Positions 50,264 through 64,000 of a stretch of 64,000 nt of DNA are shown piece by piece. This DNA comes from Chrysomallon squamiferum (lineage: Eukaryota; Animalia; Mollusca). Every line of letters starts with the position of its first letter. The first letter of the stretch is position 1. The notes under the pieces were generated by a model, which ran no database searches, was not told the DNA's origin, and saw only the letters and a program-made list of their open reading frames with translations. The stretch is taken from contig CM022665.1 in assembly GCA_012295275.1 (NCBI GenBank), forward strand, positions 49,042,001 through 49,106,000, given 5' to 3'. The position numbers and the translations under genes are program-made.

Positions 50264-52227
50264 AAGAAGAAGAAAGAAAGAAAAGAAAGAAAGAAAGAAG
50301 AACAAGAAAGAAAAGGAAAGAAAATGAAGACACAGACTGTTTTGTAAAGACTGAAAAGCTGTGTTTAGACTCAGACTTACCTGACCGAGTCAAAGAAGCC
50401 AGTGAGCGAGTTGACGGATATCCACGCGTACACGCCCTCCTCCTCCCCCGACAGCACGCGCACGTGTTTGCGCGTGAACATGAAAGGGTTGGCCGTGGAG
50501 TTGTCCAGATAGTTTCTGATTTTGTTCATCAGTTCTAGCGCGATATCCGGGTCCAAAATACGAGCTCCTGAATTTAAAACAAACAAATACACAAACAAAC
50601 AAACAAACAAACAAACAAACAAACAAACAAACAAACAAACAAACAAACAAACAAACAAACAAACACACAAACAAACAAACAAATAAATAAATAAATATAT
50701 AAATAAATAAATAAATAAAGAAGAAGAAGCAAGAAAAGAAAAGAAAGAAAAATCGAACTAAGCTTTTTTTTTTTTTATTATTCTAACATTTAGAACCAAC
50801 TTAAGTAATAATGACGGTTAGAAAATTAGAAGATCAATTCGAACATCTGACAGTAAACAAGTATAACAGCTGTAAACAAAGTGTAACTGTTGTAAACCAA
50901 AGTAACTATTGTAAACAAGTGTAACTTTGTAAACAAGTGTAACTATTGTAAACAAGTGTAACTACTGCAAACATACGTAACTACGGCAAAGAAGTGGTAG
51001 ATATATAATTAGTATATACAGATAACTAGTGGGCAAGTGTAATTAGTTTAGATAAATAACTATTATAGACATAACTAGTGCAGATACATAACACGAGTAA
51101 CTAAATTTAACACTGCAGACAATGTTATGTCGAGACATAAATTACGTTGACAAATATAATTAGTGTACATATATAGTGTAGAACAGCGTGACTTCTGTAG
51201 ATATGTAACCAAGTGTAACGCGGTAGACAAATTAACGCAGTGACATAAATTACGTTGACAGATGTGTAGCTAATTATATAATGTAGAAAAGCGTAACTTA
51301 TGTAGATATCTAACTAAATGTAACACAGTTGGCAAAATAATCCAGATGTAAATTACGTTGACAAATGTAGGTAGTGTAGATAGAGTGTTGACAAGCGTGA
51401 CGTCTGTAGAGACTTAACTAAGTGTAACGCGGCAGACAACTAACGCAGATACATAAATTATGTTGACAAATGTAACTAGCACAGATATGTAACTAATCTA
51501 CTCCAATTTTTTTCCCCACAGTTTCAGGGGTAAAGTAAACACAGCGAGAAAAAAATATCGATGAATTTTTAATTATTTTTTTTCGACAATGTACATTTAA
51601 TTCCATGATTCTGTACGCAGTCCTCGCTAAAACAGTCTATTCACAGCGCGAGTCAGACTGTGTAACGTGAGACAGATAGTGTAACGTGAGACACATTCTG
51701 TAACGTGATCTGAGTACACGGAACTCACGTTAATTACGCTCTGTTTGAACAGTTCGCACACAGCACGTATTTCATGTTTATTAAATCCACTTGTTATTGC
51801 ATGTCACACGCCAAACACAATTATCATTAGCCAGAAAGAAAAAAAAAAAAAAAAATGAAATATTGCTGCATTTGGTGTCGATAACGTTTCGCTCACGTTT
51901 TGTTTGGAAGCGGTGTCGTGTAAAGGAATAACAGCGTTTTTGTGTTGGACGAAACAAAATCAGTGATGTTTTACTTCGAAATCAATAACTTGCAGTGTAG
52001 TATTTTTTCAAATTTGACAAATATATATATTTTTTTAAAATGATAGGTTGTTGTGAAAACATATAATCAATAAGAGCATTAATAAAAAAAAAAAAAAAAA
52101 AAAAAAAAAATAATAATAAATAATAAAATAAATATCTTTAACATACAGGAAAATACCAACAAACAAACAAGAAAAAAAAAAAATGAATAAATGAATGAAT
52201 GAATAAATAAATAAATAAAGAACCAAA

Positions 52228-52274
<47 letters not shown>

Positions 52275-52734
52275 AAATACCAAATAAATAAATAAATAAA
52301 ATACCAAATAAATAAATAAATATTAACAACTGCAGAAATCTAACGACAAAACAAAATTCATTAAAAATAATTAAATAAATAAAAATGTTTTTTTTTTTTT
52401 TTTTTTTTTACAAAACTCTCCATGCCTCACACAAAATCCCATATGCTGGAACACATATTCCACGTGTTTATTCTGAAAATATTAAGTATTTTTCTTTCTC
52501 TCTGTCTTTGCCGCTCTCTCTCTCTCTCACACACGTTTTTATGTTTGTGCTCTGTTTATTTTGAGAGAACAAGACGGTCACACTAAGTGGAGATGAACTG
52601 TAACAGGAATTTTAAAATGAGTTTACCATTGCTCCGCGTAACCAGTGAAATACGTCAAATATGATCAGTGATGTGTGTAGTTCAAACATGTACTTATGTA
52701 AAATATAACACATCGAAAAACACATTGAAAAAAA

Positions 52735-52825
<91 letters not shown>

Positions 52826-53404
52826 GTAATAACAATAATAATAATAATAATAATAATATTGTGTTGTTGTAGTTGTTCTTGTTGATGTTTTATTGCTTAT
52901 AAAAGTCTAAAGTTTTTCATTTGCATATTCCACACATCACGAATACAACCAATACAACACGTCATCGTAACTGACAGCATCAACTGGTTCACACACTGAA
53001 ATCAATATTTTTGTTATTTGCACAATGAAAGAGTAATACGTACCTGCGGTTGCCATGAGATACAAAGGCGTTGTCTTGGTAACATTGCGAGGGACAAGTT
53101 CTCTAACTCTGTTGATGACGTCAGACAGGTAATTTCGCAGTTGTTCCGGGTGCCGGACAAAGTAACCAATTCCTGGACGGAACTTGAGGTTGCTTCCCTG
53201 AATCAGTTCGATTCGCGGCAGTTTTGACAACGTCGCTGTCGCCCGCCATCGGTAAGCCTTGATTTTAGTGCCGCTGCTACCGGCGTCCAGCACGACGCCG
53301 TAGTGCACGTCAGACGACGACCGCGACAACGGCGGTGAAGCAGTAACGAGAACGCAGTGAATACACAGTACAACCCACGAGAAGCAGCCGCTCATGTTGA
53401 ACAT
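45750..53404 (-). CDS. Ectonucleoside triphosphate diphosphohydrolase (NTPDase/apyrase, GDA1/CD39 family), 6 coding exons, ~505 aa
   Basis: Exons 53404-53044, 50567-50381, 49809-49568, 48053-47761, 46809-46647, 46021-45750, GT-AG with consistent phases. ACR1 DAGSSGT, ACR2 ATAG, ACR3 GEEEG, ACR4 EMGGGSTQ, ACR5 WTLG; hydrophobic N- and C-termini. Confidence 0.93.
47067..47139 (+). tRNA. tRNA-Arg(TCG), intronic and antisense in the NTPDase gene
   Basis: Consensus 73-nt gene. Confidence 0.96.
47580..47652 (+). tRNA. tRNA-Arg(TCG), intronic and antisense in the NTPDase gene
   Basis: Consensus 73-nt gene followed by TTTT. Confidence 0.96.
50850..51495. repeat. Degenerate tandem repeat (~20-bp GTAAACAAGTGTAACTATT evolving into ~100-bp units)
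   Basis: Recurring AAGTGTAAC and TAAATTACGTTGACAAAT blocks. Confidence 0.7.
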
Positions 53405-54576
53405 CTTGCTTTGTCAGTGACGACTGCGATAATCGCTAGAAAACACGACGACGACGACGACATCAACGTTGTAGCATCAGATGTCCTCTGCTGGGTTACA
53501 GTCGCAGACGGGAACGTCCAGAGAAAGAAAACACATTCCTAGCAGATTTCTGGTCGCTTTCCTCCATGGTCGACGTTCTCATTTGGTTTCACATACTTCT
53601 CCGATTTGTATCTGAAATAAAACAAAACACGTTCTGTTTTGAAAATGACTGCTTTTCTAATGCGTACAAGAAAAAAAAAATAATAATAATAAAAAATAAA
53701 TAAATGTTTCAGAAATTCGGTTAGTTAACTTTCAAAGACTGGAAGGAAATCGGATACGGTAAACACGGCGACACAATAACCCACATATCAGCATCATAGC
53801 TGTTTTTAAAAAACACAAATTCCCACAGGATTAAAAAAATGGGTTCAGTAACAGACGTCGACCTCTTTGGACTTAATTTTGAAAATAATTTCCACACGGT
53901 CCACAGTTCGAGCAGATGTCGTTGGAATGTCGGCAACGGCTACGGCGATGACATCAGTTCTGAGAAGAGGTTTTTATGTGAGAGTTCTGGACTCGTCGTT
54001 GACGGAGTTACGTCTACACGTTGTTGTTGTTAGAGGTGTTGGTGCTTGTCATTCTTTGTGTACATCAGCAGTGGTTAATGCTCGTGTTATTAATTTTGTT
54101 AATAGCCTTGTTAATACATCGCCGCTCGAATTACGTAGATAGATCGTGCTGCCAAATATAGCGTAAGTTAAAACTGATAATTTCACATGTTAAATCATAA
54201 TAATGCTGCTGCTGCTGATGATGATGATAAGCCAGTATACCGTTACGTGAGTAGGAGTGACTACTGAATCACTCAGAAATGGTGTATGTTTGACGTAACT
54301 AATTAACGGTCATTCTTAATTTATAGTGGTTAATACTGTAACAAGTATTTACTCATCGACAAAGACATCATGGTACAATGAATGAATAAATAAATAAATA
54401 AATAATATTATAATAGAAATAATAGAAATAAATCTACTACTAATAATACTACTATTACTACTACTACTATTATTATTACTATACCTACTACTCTTACTAT
54501 TATTACTACTACTACTGCTTCAAGTATTATTGCCATTATTACTAGTACTACTACTATTACTGCTACTACTACTACT

Positions 54577-54619
<43 letters not shown>

Positions 54620-54808
54620 CTCATGCTACAAAATAAAGTCAAGAGTTCAACATTCTGCTATATTCAGAGTGATAACAGATTTTACAAACACACACAACAA
54701 CCTGACTGTTATATCGACAAATATCTCTCAAGTATTCTTTAATGTCATTATAATGACATTTCCGCGTGATTTTTCGCTTAAAGGATTTACACTCACAGAT
54801 CCACACAT

Positions 54809-54839
<31 letters not shown>

Positions 54840-55159
54840 AATTTTAATAAAGAAAGAAATGAAAAAAGACTGGCGAAGGAAAAATTCCGGAGATGGAAAA
54901 AAAAAAAAAAAAAAAAAAAAAACGAAAACGAAAGAAAAATGGAACATTTATTCTGTATTACTATAAGTATTAGTCATGTATTCATATTAAATTTTTTGAT
55001 AAGACAAATAAATAAATACTTTGCATAGAATTTATATAGATTATCAGCAACATCAAATACACCGCTTAAGAAGAAATGAATGAAACTGTAACATGAAAAA
55101 TACCTTTTTTTTGTATTTTATTTTTAAAATACGCTAAACCCTAACTCTCGTACATTGAA

Positions 55160-55556
55160 ACACACTGACTGTGTTTAACTCTACTACACTATAATACTGA
55201 CTATACCTTAACTCGAGTACACTATAATACACTGACTATACCTTAAGTCGAGTACACTATAATACACTGACTATACCTTAACTCGAGTACACTATAATAC
55301 ACTGACTATACCTTAACTCGAGTACACTATAATACACTGACTATACCTTAACTCGAGTACACTATAATACACTGACTATACCTTAACTCGAGTACACTAT
55401 AATACACTGACTATACCTTAACTCGAGTACACTATAATACACTGACTATACACTAACTCTGCTACACTATAATACACTGACTATACCTTAACTCGAGTAC
55501 ACAATAATACATTGACTATACACTAACTCTAAAACACTATAAATCACTGACTATTA
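55160..55556. repeat. 35-bp minisatellite ACACTATAATACACTGACTATACCTTAACTCGAGT, ~11 copies
   Basis: Homogeneous centre with degenerate edges. Confidence 0.95.
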
Positions 55557-56549
55557 CTGACTTAATTAAAAGATAGAAATTCCACGATTGAAAGAGGAAT
55601 GTGGAAGTAAAGTTATGTGTTTTCTAGACACGGTTGGAGTGTGTGAGTTCTGAGATAAAAAAGTAATGAACGCGGCTAATGAAACAGCAGTTTATGAGTT
55701 TTAACAGCATTATTAACAGTTATTACACGACGTGTCATAACAACATGTACTGCACCACGTACTGGGTTATAATGAATGTTTCACAATTATTGCATCACAG
55801 TAGACAACGCAGTGGTTAATTAACTTAATTCTGTATGGGTGGAGAGAGATTTTGTTTCCACATAATCTGCGTTTCGAGCAAGGCAAGTCAGCGAGTACAA
55901 CAATAAAAACAACAACCCACTCATAAACTGTATGTACCTCAAAGTGCGTAGGCCGTTCCCCAAACTGTGTGTGCGTGTGCGTGTGTGCGTGTATCATACA
56001 TCAAAATATGCTAGCACGCACATACACATGAATAATACTTATATAGTGCAGTTTGTCTGAATGAATGAACAGATGATTATGAATGAATAAAAATATGGAA
56101 TGATTATGACCATGTTTTTTTTTCTTCTTCTTTTTTTCTGTTGTATGTTAACCGCCCAAAATAACACAGATTTAAGAGTGGTCAATACTGTGTGAATTGT
56201 GTATGAACTCTATAATTTTGTGTGAACTGTGTGAAAACTGTTTAACCTTTCATTCATAGCTCAAGCTGACACTAGCAGTTTGTCACTGGAAAAATAGATA
56301 ATAGTTTGTAGATGCATCGAGTTGCAAAATCTACCTATACTGGAGTAACTCTGCTTTGTCAGCTTTTAAATATAGCTATCCTTTTCATATAGATACACAG
56401 GCCTAAAGTGCATACTTCAAAAACAGACTCACAGATAGATAGATAGATAGATAAATAGATAGAAGGCATAAATTAACAGAGAAATAGAGATAGATTAGAG
56501 AGAAGAGGGGACAGCTGAGAAAAACAGAGATATATAGAGAAAGAGAAAC

Positions 56550-56628
<79 letters not shown>

Positions 56629-57450
56629 TTACAAAATCAAAATAACGCAAGCATATAAAAAGAAAAAGATTATAAATTTAACATCTTTGTTTACGAAACA
56701 TGTTTGTGCTTTCCTTAATGCATCAATCGACAGTGATAAAAACATTTTTATCTTTCCTAAGAGAAACCTATAAACCAGATAAAACAGACATATTAACTAA
56801 AACTGACATGTTGTTTCAATAAATTATACACCATATTCCTATCTGCAGAATACTTACAGTGTGGAGATCAGAAGTCAGCATCCATCAACGGTTGTTGTTT
56901 TCTCTTTTTTAACAAATTAAATGTTTCACAGTTTGCAGCGCACTTTTGCTAAGCAGATGACGGAATGTACCGATAAGGAACGTAGCTGAACGAGTGAAGC
57001 CGTCGCGCGCGCGCGCTCTTTCCCTCTCTCCGTAAAACTCGGAACGTTTTACGAGAATGGATGCTGGGCAGACGTATAACTTCGTTAACATTGCGCGTTT
57101 ATTGGATCTGGCGGCGCATTGGAACACAAGTAAACTAAGTTATGAAGTATAATGCGATACGACGGCCTCTCGGGACACGCCGGCAGATTAATGGCCATTT
57201 TTTTTCCAGCGGCGTTGTTGTTGATGCTCGCCGTTTGTTTTCCGTGTTGGAACAGAAATTGAACCCAGCTCGTCAAACAGCTGCCAGACTGAATGGCGGG
57301 AAGCGCGTGCACTGACACTGTCCCAGGTGACACGAAACTGTCAAAGCAGAACGAGTACAGTTAACTCAGAAATCAAATCACAGTTAAGTTATTAACTTGT
57401 GCACAGGGTGGAGATCATTATTATAAACGTATTATTAACAAACGAGGATA

Positions 57451-57496
<46 letters not shown>

Positions 57497-58326
57497 CCTG
57501 TGTTTATGTTAACTCAGAAATCAAATCGCAGTTAAATTTATAAACTTCTACACAGAGTAGGGTTAGTTATACAAATGTATTATTTACAAAAGAGGATATA
57601 TGCGTGAGTGCGTATGTGTGCGTGTAAGTGTGTTTGTGTATGTGTTTATGTATGTGTGTGTGTATAATTATATGAATATGTAAGTATGTATGAATGTATG
57701 CATTTATATGTGTGTATGTGGTATATGTGTGTATGTATGTGTACGTGTATGGGTATGTATGTATATATCAGATTACACAGAACAAATTCTAAGCAGTATA
57801 ATAATTATATATTCTTGTATTAACTATTAAGCAAAATGAGCATGCAGAATAAAGCATTTCACTGGTTTTGACTTTGTTCGATATCTGCTTTAATTCAACA
57901 CCACCACCACCACCACCACCACCCACCACCAACACCAACAACAACAATAATAACAATAACAGTAAAAAAAAAATAATAATTATAATAATTATAACAATAA
58001 CCATAATCATACTCTTAATTCAACTTGTGGCCGGGGTTATCCTTGTTGTGCTGTTCTTAGGGCATCGGTTGAATTTAATCCCTCCTTCAACATTTACAAA
58101 CATCCATACAGACAACTAATCTATTAAAATATACCCAGGGTACATCAGAAGTAGCTGTCACATTTATATATCATATTATACATTATATTTTGTTTTCGAT
58201 TACAACTTGTATAAAACAAAGATAAGAATATAAGAAAGACAGGCAAGTAACCATTACATCTAATTAATTTATATTTTACATACACTAACGTACAAACAGA
58301 CAGTAAGATAGGGTATCTAACTTGAG

Positions 58327-58409
<83 letters not shown>

Positions 58410-59081
58410 GTTGACCAAATAACGAAATAAACTACAAGCATATTTTGTACAAAATAGTTTGATTATTATAACACACACAAAAAAAAAAACAGCATTAGCT
58501 GCTTATCGTAAATTATGGCGAGATTCCAATTACCTCTGTTAACAATAAGTGCAAGGCATGGCGGGATATCTTCGAAAACTAATATTTATTTTGACTGCCG
58601 GAGTGCAGGAATATGCCTATAAAACATGGCTGCTAATATGTGACGTGTTTGCTTAGAATAATTAGGTATGTTAGGGTATGTATATATTCAAATGTAATTA
58701 ACAGATGTCTGTGTCTCCTAACTAAACACAACAAGCCAAGTTAGGTGTTTTCATTACGTGTAAAGTTATACGCTTGTTACGTCACTTTGCCGTGTGAATA
58801 TTAACGATAATAGGTCAAATTATCACAGGTCAAATTGATTTTTCTTTTTAATTGTTTCGCTACGTATTATAAAGAACTATAAAATATTTTACTTTTTTTT
58901 TTTTTAGTGACGAACGAACGCACACATATGCACACACATACGTACAAATGCACACACTAACAAATATACACATACACACAAATATAGATATATAGAGACA
59001 CTCATATAGATAGAAAGATAGACAGACAGATAGATACACATACACAGAGATGGAACTCAACACTATGAATGTGTACGTGTG

Positions 59082-59196
<115 letters not shown>

Positions 59197-60218
59197 ACAA
59201 TAAAACAACCTAAATATTAAATACGTGTTTATAATTAATGTTTGACTAAGAACATCTGAAATATTAAAAAAGAATACTTCTGTTTAATAAAATATATTAA
59301 TACAAATAAATAAACAGAACCAACCTTCACAGAACTTTCTCCGCGTTGCTATGGGACACCGAGACCCAGGTTGGGATCTAGAATTTTCTTTTTCCCTCGA
59401 CGTGAATCTTCAGTTTACGTCCTCAGAGATTTATCTGCATAAAAATAAATAAATAAATAAATAAATAATTGTTTTTATTTGTATTATGAATACAGAGATG
59501 TGAAGAAATAAATGTCAATAAGTCTCTTGGCGAATGTATGTGCTGAATATCATATCGTATTATATCATATATGTATCAGTATTGTCATATACTGTTTCAT
59601 ATATTATATGTCATATCCGTTTATTATATGTCGTATCATATCATATATCATATCACATCAAATATTATATTATATCGTATCGTATCCTATATCTGATCAT
59701 GCATTATAAAGTCATAACGTATATCATACAGTATCATGTCATATCATGCTATGTCGTGTCGTGCTATGCTTATATTATATTAATGGCTTTATTTTCCGTA
59801 AAACAGAAAACAACGTCTTTTCTATACTGAAGGGAATTAGTTACGGTTTAAAACAAAATTTACTTACCGCGATATGAAGGGTAGAGCCAGCCTCGATTCT
59901 CTGCCCTTGAATCTGTTCCTGGTGATATGAACTCCGCGTTATTTCATACCATTTGTCCCAATACACGAATATTTACGTTTCTGTGTGGAATCTGCAAAGG
60001 CTAAGCAAACAGGCAGTAAAATGTTAACAGTGCAATAGATCGACTAATTGGAGAAGGGTAAATATTTTTGAAAGGAAACGACTCTGTGTTGTAAAACACA
60101 AATAAACACATTTATGTACCCTTCAGTGTGTGGGGTTAATTTAGCCGTGCAGAGAGAAAGAAATAAAAATGGAACACACGTGCGCTCTGTTTTTTTTTTT
60201 TTTTTTTTTTCTTTCTCA

Positions 60219-60266
<48 letters not shown>

Positions 60267-60522
60267 TTATTATTATTATCAGTTTTGTTTTTATCTTGTT
60301 TTGATTTAATAATAAATCGTATGTAACGATGTGAAATTAAATTTAAAAAAAAATGTTTTCTACAAAAATGAATAAAATAAAATAAAATAAAATAAGAATT
60401 AATCAAACAAAACAACCATCAAAAGGAGATCTGTTCATATAAATCAAATAAATTAAAAAGTTAGGAATATATTAATATTAAATTTTTAATTAAGAAAAAA
60501 TGTTTAACAAAAAGCAAATATT

Positions 60523-60595
60523 CGACCCCGACGAGACTCGAACTCGCAATCTTCTGATTCGAAGTCAGACGCCTTATCCATTAGGCCACGAGGCC
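60523..60595 (-). tRNA. tRNA-Arg(TCG)
   Basis: Reverse complement of the consensus. Confidence 0.95.
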
Positions 60596-60775
60596 GGTAA
60601 CTGTTTAATTAAACTGCAAGTTCAAGAACAAAACTGATTCATTTTCTTTCTTTCTTTAATTGTTTTTTTTTGGTTTTTGGGTTATTGTTTTTTTTTTTTT
60701 TTTTCGTAACTGGCAGAAAGATCAAATTTCTTAATTTTGGCAATGTTGCCATTGTTATTGGTCTTCTTCTTCTTC

Positions 60776-60824
<49 letters not shown>

Positions 60825-61424
60825 GAAGAACAAGAAGATAAAAATGATTATTATCTTTTTTTATATGATACTGATAATGATCATTATGATGATGATTATC
60901 ATCATGAAATAATAAAAATGAGCAAAACATTTACAGCGTAGACTGAACAACAACAAAAAAAATATATATAATGTCTAATATTTTACTAATTTTAAAATTT
61001 CGCCAGTGTCTAATTCTCCGGTTCCTGCTAATGAACGCGCGAAGTGTGTTTCCGAGTCCCTGGTGAGTTGTTTCCTCTAGATTCTCCGCTGTTAACATTT
61101 ATACTCTTAACAGTTAAACGATTTCAGTCCGCGGCAGACGACATCACAAGAGTAATGAGATTTAAAAGTTATACTTACGTAGAGTGTTCTTTTAACTTGT
61201 ATTTTGCATCTCTGTTTCTGTTTACAGGCAGTGTGTTTCGTAAAAACATCGGTTCGCTTTGGAAACGATCCATTGTCTGTAACGTAATACTGACGTTTCA
61301 GTTAGTGGAGAAATATTTAAGAAGAAACAGTCATTTGGCACTGATAGGTCTGGCGAAGTTTCAGACAATAAAATCGTATTTAAAATGTGTTCCACACTGT
61401 TCAGATGAGGGGCGGATCCAAAAT

Positions 61425-61560
61425 TCTTTTGTGGAAATTGTCAAAGTGGTTGATATTGCGTATGAAGTAATTTCAGGTTTTCTCACTGTTTCCGCTATTG
61501 TTGAAGTTATTCAGGACAAACGTCCAAATTTACCCAAAGAACAAATAATTAATGCTCTGG
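61425..61560 (+). mobile_element. Internal fragment of an older, related Tx1 ORF2
   Basis: IVKVVDIAYEVISGFLTVSAIVEVIQDKRPNLPKEQI aligns with IVKVADIAYEVIPGFLPFTAIVEIIHEKSPELSKNQI of the intact element. Confidence 0.85.
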
Positions 61561-62699
61561 CTAGATTGGGAAATATATCAGTGGGTCACCAAAGTGAAAT
61601 GAACCTCAAACCTGTCACGTGTATGCAGTCTATATACAAAAACAACAAATAAACATACACGTTTTATTTACAGAACTATGCAACAACAGACAACAACAAA
61701 ATTAATAAAAAAAAAAAAATAAAAAAAATAAAATAAAATAAAATAAAATAAAAATAATTTTCATAAGGTTTTTACTGGGCTAAATTTAATGTTTGATTTT
61801 AATAATGAACTGAAATTTTTTGGGGAATGATAAACAACAAGTAACTTTTGAGACTCCATTTTATACAGCATTAAAAAAAAAAAAAGAGAAACAAAATGTG
61901 TTTTATACATTTTTATACATTTCTTTACTAATAATAGTTTGAATACCTGCTCAGACAGGCATCTCATTTCAAAAACAAGGCAAAACTGGCACATTTAATG
62001 AAAAAATATACAAAACATACAGATCTATATGTTTACATAGATTTACACATGCACATAAATTCACATAAACACAATCCAAAACATAATTATATCCCACAAA
62101 ATAATCGTATTTACATGAACCGTATATGTTAACAAAATATACCAGTAGATTAATTAATTTCCATTAAAAGAAATCATAATAATAAAAAATTTAAAAACAT
62201 TTAAATAATATTAATAATAAATAAATAAATAAAATGAGAATTAAAAAAATTAAAAAAAAAAAATCAATAATATTGTCAAGTTAATTAAAATTAACATAAA
62301 ATTTAACACTGTGTCAACTTACAATTAACTGAAAATGCACATTATTAGTCTGAGTTTTCAATACGTCAAGATAGTTACTAAAGGGACGTAACTCTAATTT
62401 TAATGTCTGCCTTGAAAGTTGCCAATACTAATTTTCAGTAAATTTATATATATATATATATATATATAACAAAATAATATTAAAAAAGAACATTTATTCA
62501 TCAACAACCCATCACCATAACAAATGTTATAAATTTATTTCTTATATCCTCAACAAAAAAAAAACAAAAAAAAAACACAACCCCCTCACAAAACAAACTT
62601 AGCCAGGATTTCCACATCTTTAATTAATAAAAAAATAAAAATAAAAAAATAAAAATAAAAAAACACCTAAAAGCCCTACTTTTTCTTCTTTAATGTTTA

Positions 62700-63480
62700 T
62701 TTCAAAACAAATATATATTATTTACATCCATACCACATTTTGGTCGATTGCATAAATTACAGAAATACATAAAAAATACTGGCATCCAAATATTTGTTGA
62801 ATTTGCAAATATTTAATATGTATAAATGTTTATAAAAATAATGTTTATATAAAATGAGGACAGTGATATTTACAAAACTATAATTAAAAACAACTAAATT
62901 TTTATACTGTGTGTAAAGCGTGTAATAATAGCACTGTTTCAAAACGAGGTAAACATTTCCAGGAATGTTTGTACAGTTACTTCCCTTTATTTCGTTCTTC
63001 ATAAATTACGGTAATTAATAATAAGTTTTCAAATTATTATTATTATTTTTAACGTAAAACACTTTAGTATATATTTATAATAGGTGGGTTTTCTTTTTTA
63101 AATAAATAAAAATTATGTGTAAATAATTTTAAGTTTAAAATAATGAAGTCAGCCACTTTAAACAGGTCACATTTCTTCTCAACATTAACTAAATTTGTAA
63201 TGTTATATTCCCCTATGTTTGTTTGACCATTATCATTGCACACCATACAGTGTGTCTGCTCAGCTCAGAAACTGAGTCAGATGTGGATTTCATACATTTA
63301 ATACTAATAATTTTCAGAGAACAAAAAAAAAAAAAAAAAAAACAATTAAAGAATGTAATCGTAAATATTTTAAACATTGTCAATTTGTTTGTTCTTTTCA
63401 AATGATGCACACATTGGTGTAAACTGGAAAATCATTTTTACACTGTTTTGTTTAAATATGGCTGCGGGAATTCTATGTAA
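62700..63480 (-). mobile_element. Possible decayed Tx1-like ORF2 3' region
   Basis: Minus-strand peptides loosely resemble the zinc-finger and C-terminal segments of Tx1 ORF2; many disruptions. Confidence 0.35.
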
Positions 63481-63501
63481 ATATGCAGGGAAACAAAATC
63501 A

Positions 63502-63568
<67 letters not shown>

Positions 63569-63599
63569 AAGAATAAGTTTCTGTTTATATAGTATTATT

Positions 63600-63639
<40 letters not shown>

Positions 63640-64000
63640 CATTAAACATGTATTTAAATATTTGATGTTTACAAAACTTCTTTCATGTTAAAAAAAAAAG
63701 AAATAAGAGAAAAATTTAAAAAACAAAACCAAATACTTCTGTCACATATAAACTCCAAAAGTATTTCTTTTGGGGTGGGGGTGTTCATCACACCTACAAA
63801 ATAGTCTTAATTAATATATATAATAATTATTATTACACATGTAGTCCTGAACAAATGTAAAGAAATTTTCAGAACTATGGCTTTAAAATCAGTTACGTTT
63901 TAGATTTGTTGTTTGTTATTAAAACATGTACAATCACGTGCAAAAATAACAATTGATGTAAGGCACAAACTGAGATTCAACTCTGAAACAAACACTACAA

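Noticed and set aside
61044-61652. 202-aa ORF as a host gene
   Set aside because: GTG start, and only a ~45-aa Tx1 ORF2 fragment is recognisable.

Overview
AT-rich, microsatellite-rich animal genomic DNA (invertebrate; mollusc-like is only an impression), forming an RNA polymerase III gene neighbourhood. 1-3974 is a tandem tRNA-Gly(TCC) array with a ~1.3-kb dimeric unit (7 genes). 3977-15577 holds two near-identical, full-length ~5.4-kb Tx1-clade non-LTR retrotransposons (CCHC ORF1; APE-RT-zinc finger ORF2; poly(A) tail). Both 3' ends join the same site of a U6 snRNA gene, just upstream of the ACAGAGA box. Copy 2 splits a U6 gene with a 9-13 bp target-site duplication; copy 1's 5' end lies inside a tRNA-Gly gene. 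The main candidate novelty is this apparently U6-specific, possibly U6/tRNA-Gly dual-target, young retrotransposon family. An intact U6 gene follows at 16270. Twelve dispersed tRNA-Arg(TCG) genes with shuffled spacer modules are interleaved with four protein genes: an intronless glycosyltransferase-like type II membrane protein, an intronless QACQG caspase ending in a CaaX motif (CVVS), a 6-exon lectin-like receptor whose exon edges are tandemly amplified, and a 6-exon NTPDase (CD39 family) on the minus strand. Old Tx1 relics, a MITE and several minisatellites are also present. 9361-10189 looks like a blended assembly consensus. All calls come from reading the sequence; no searches were run.
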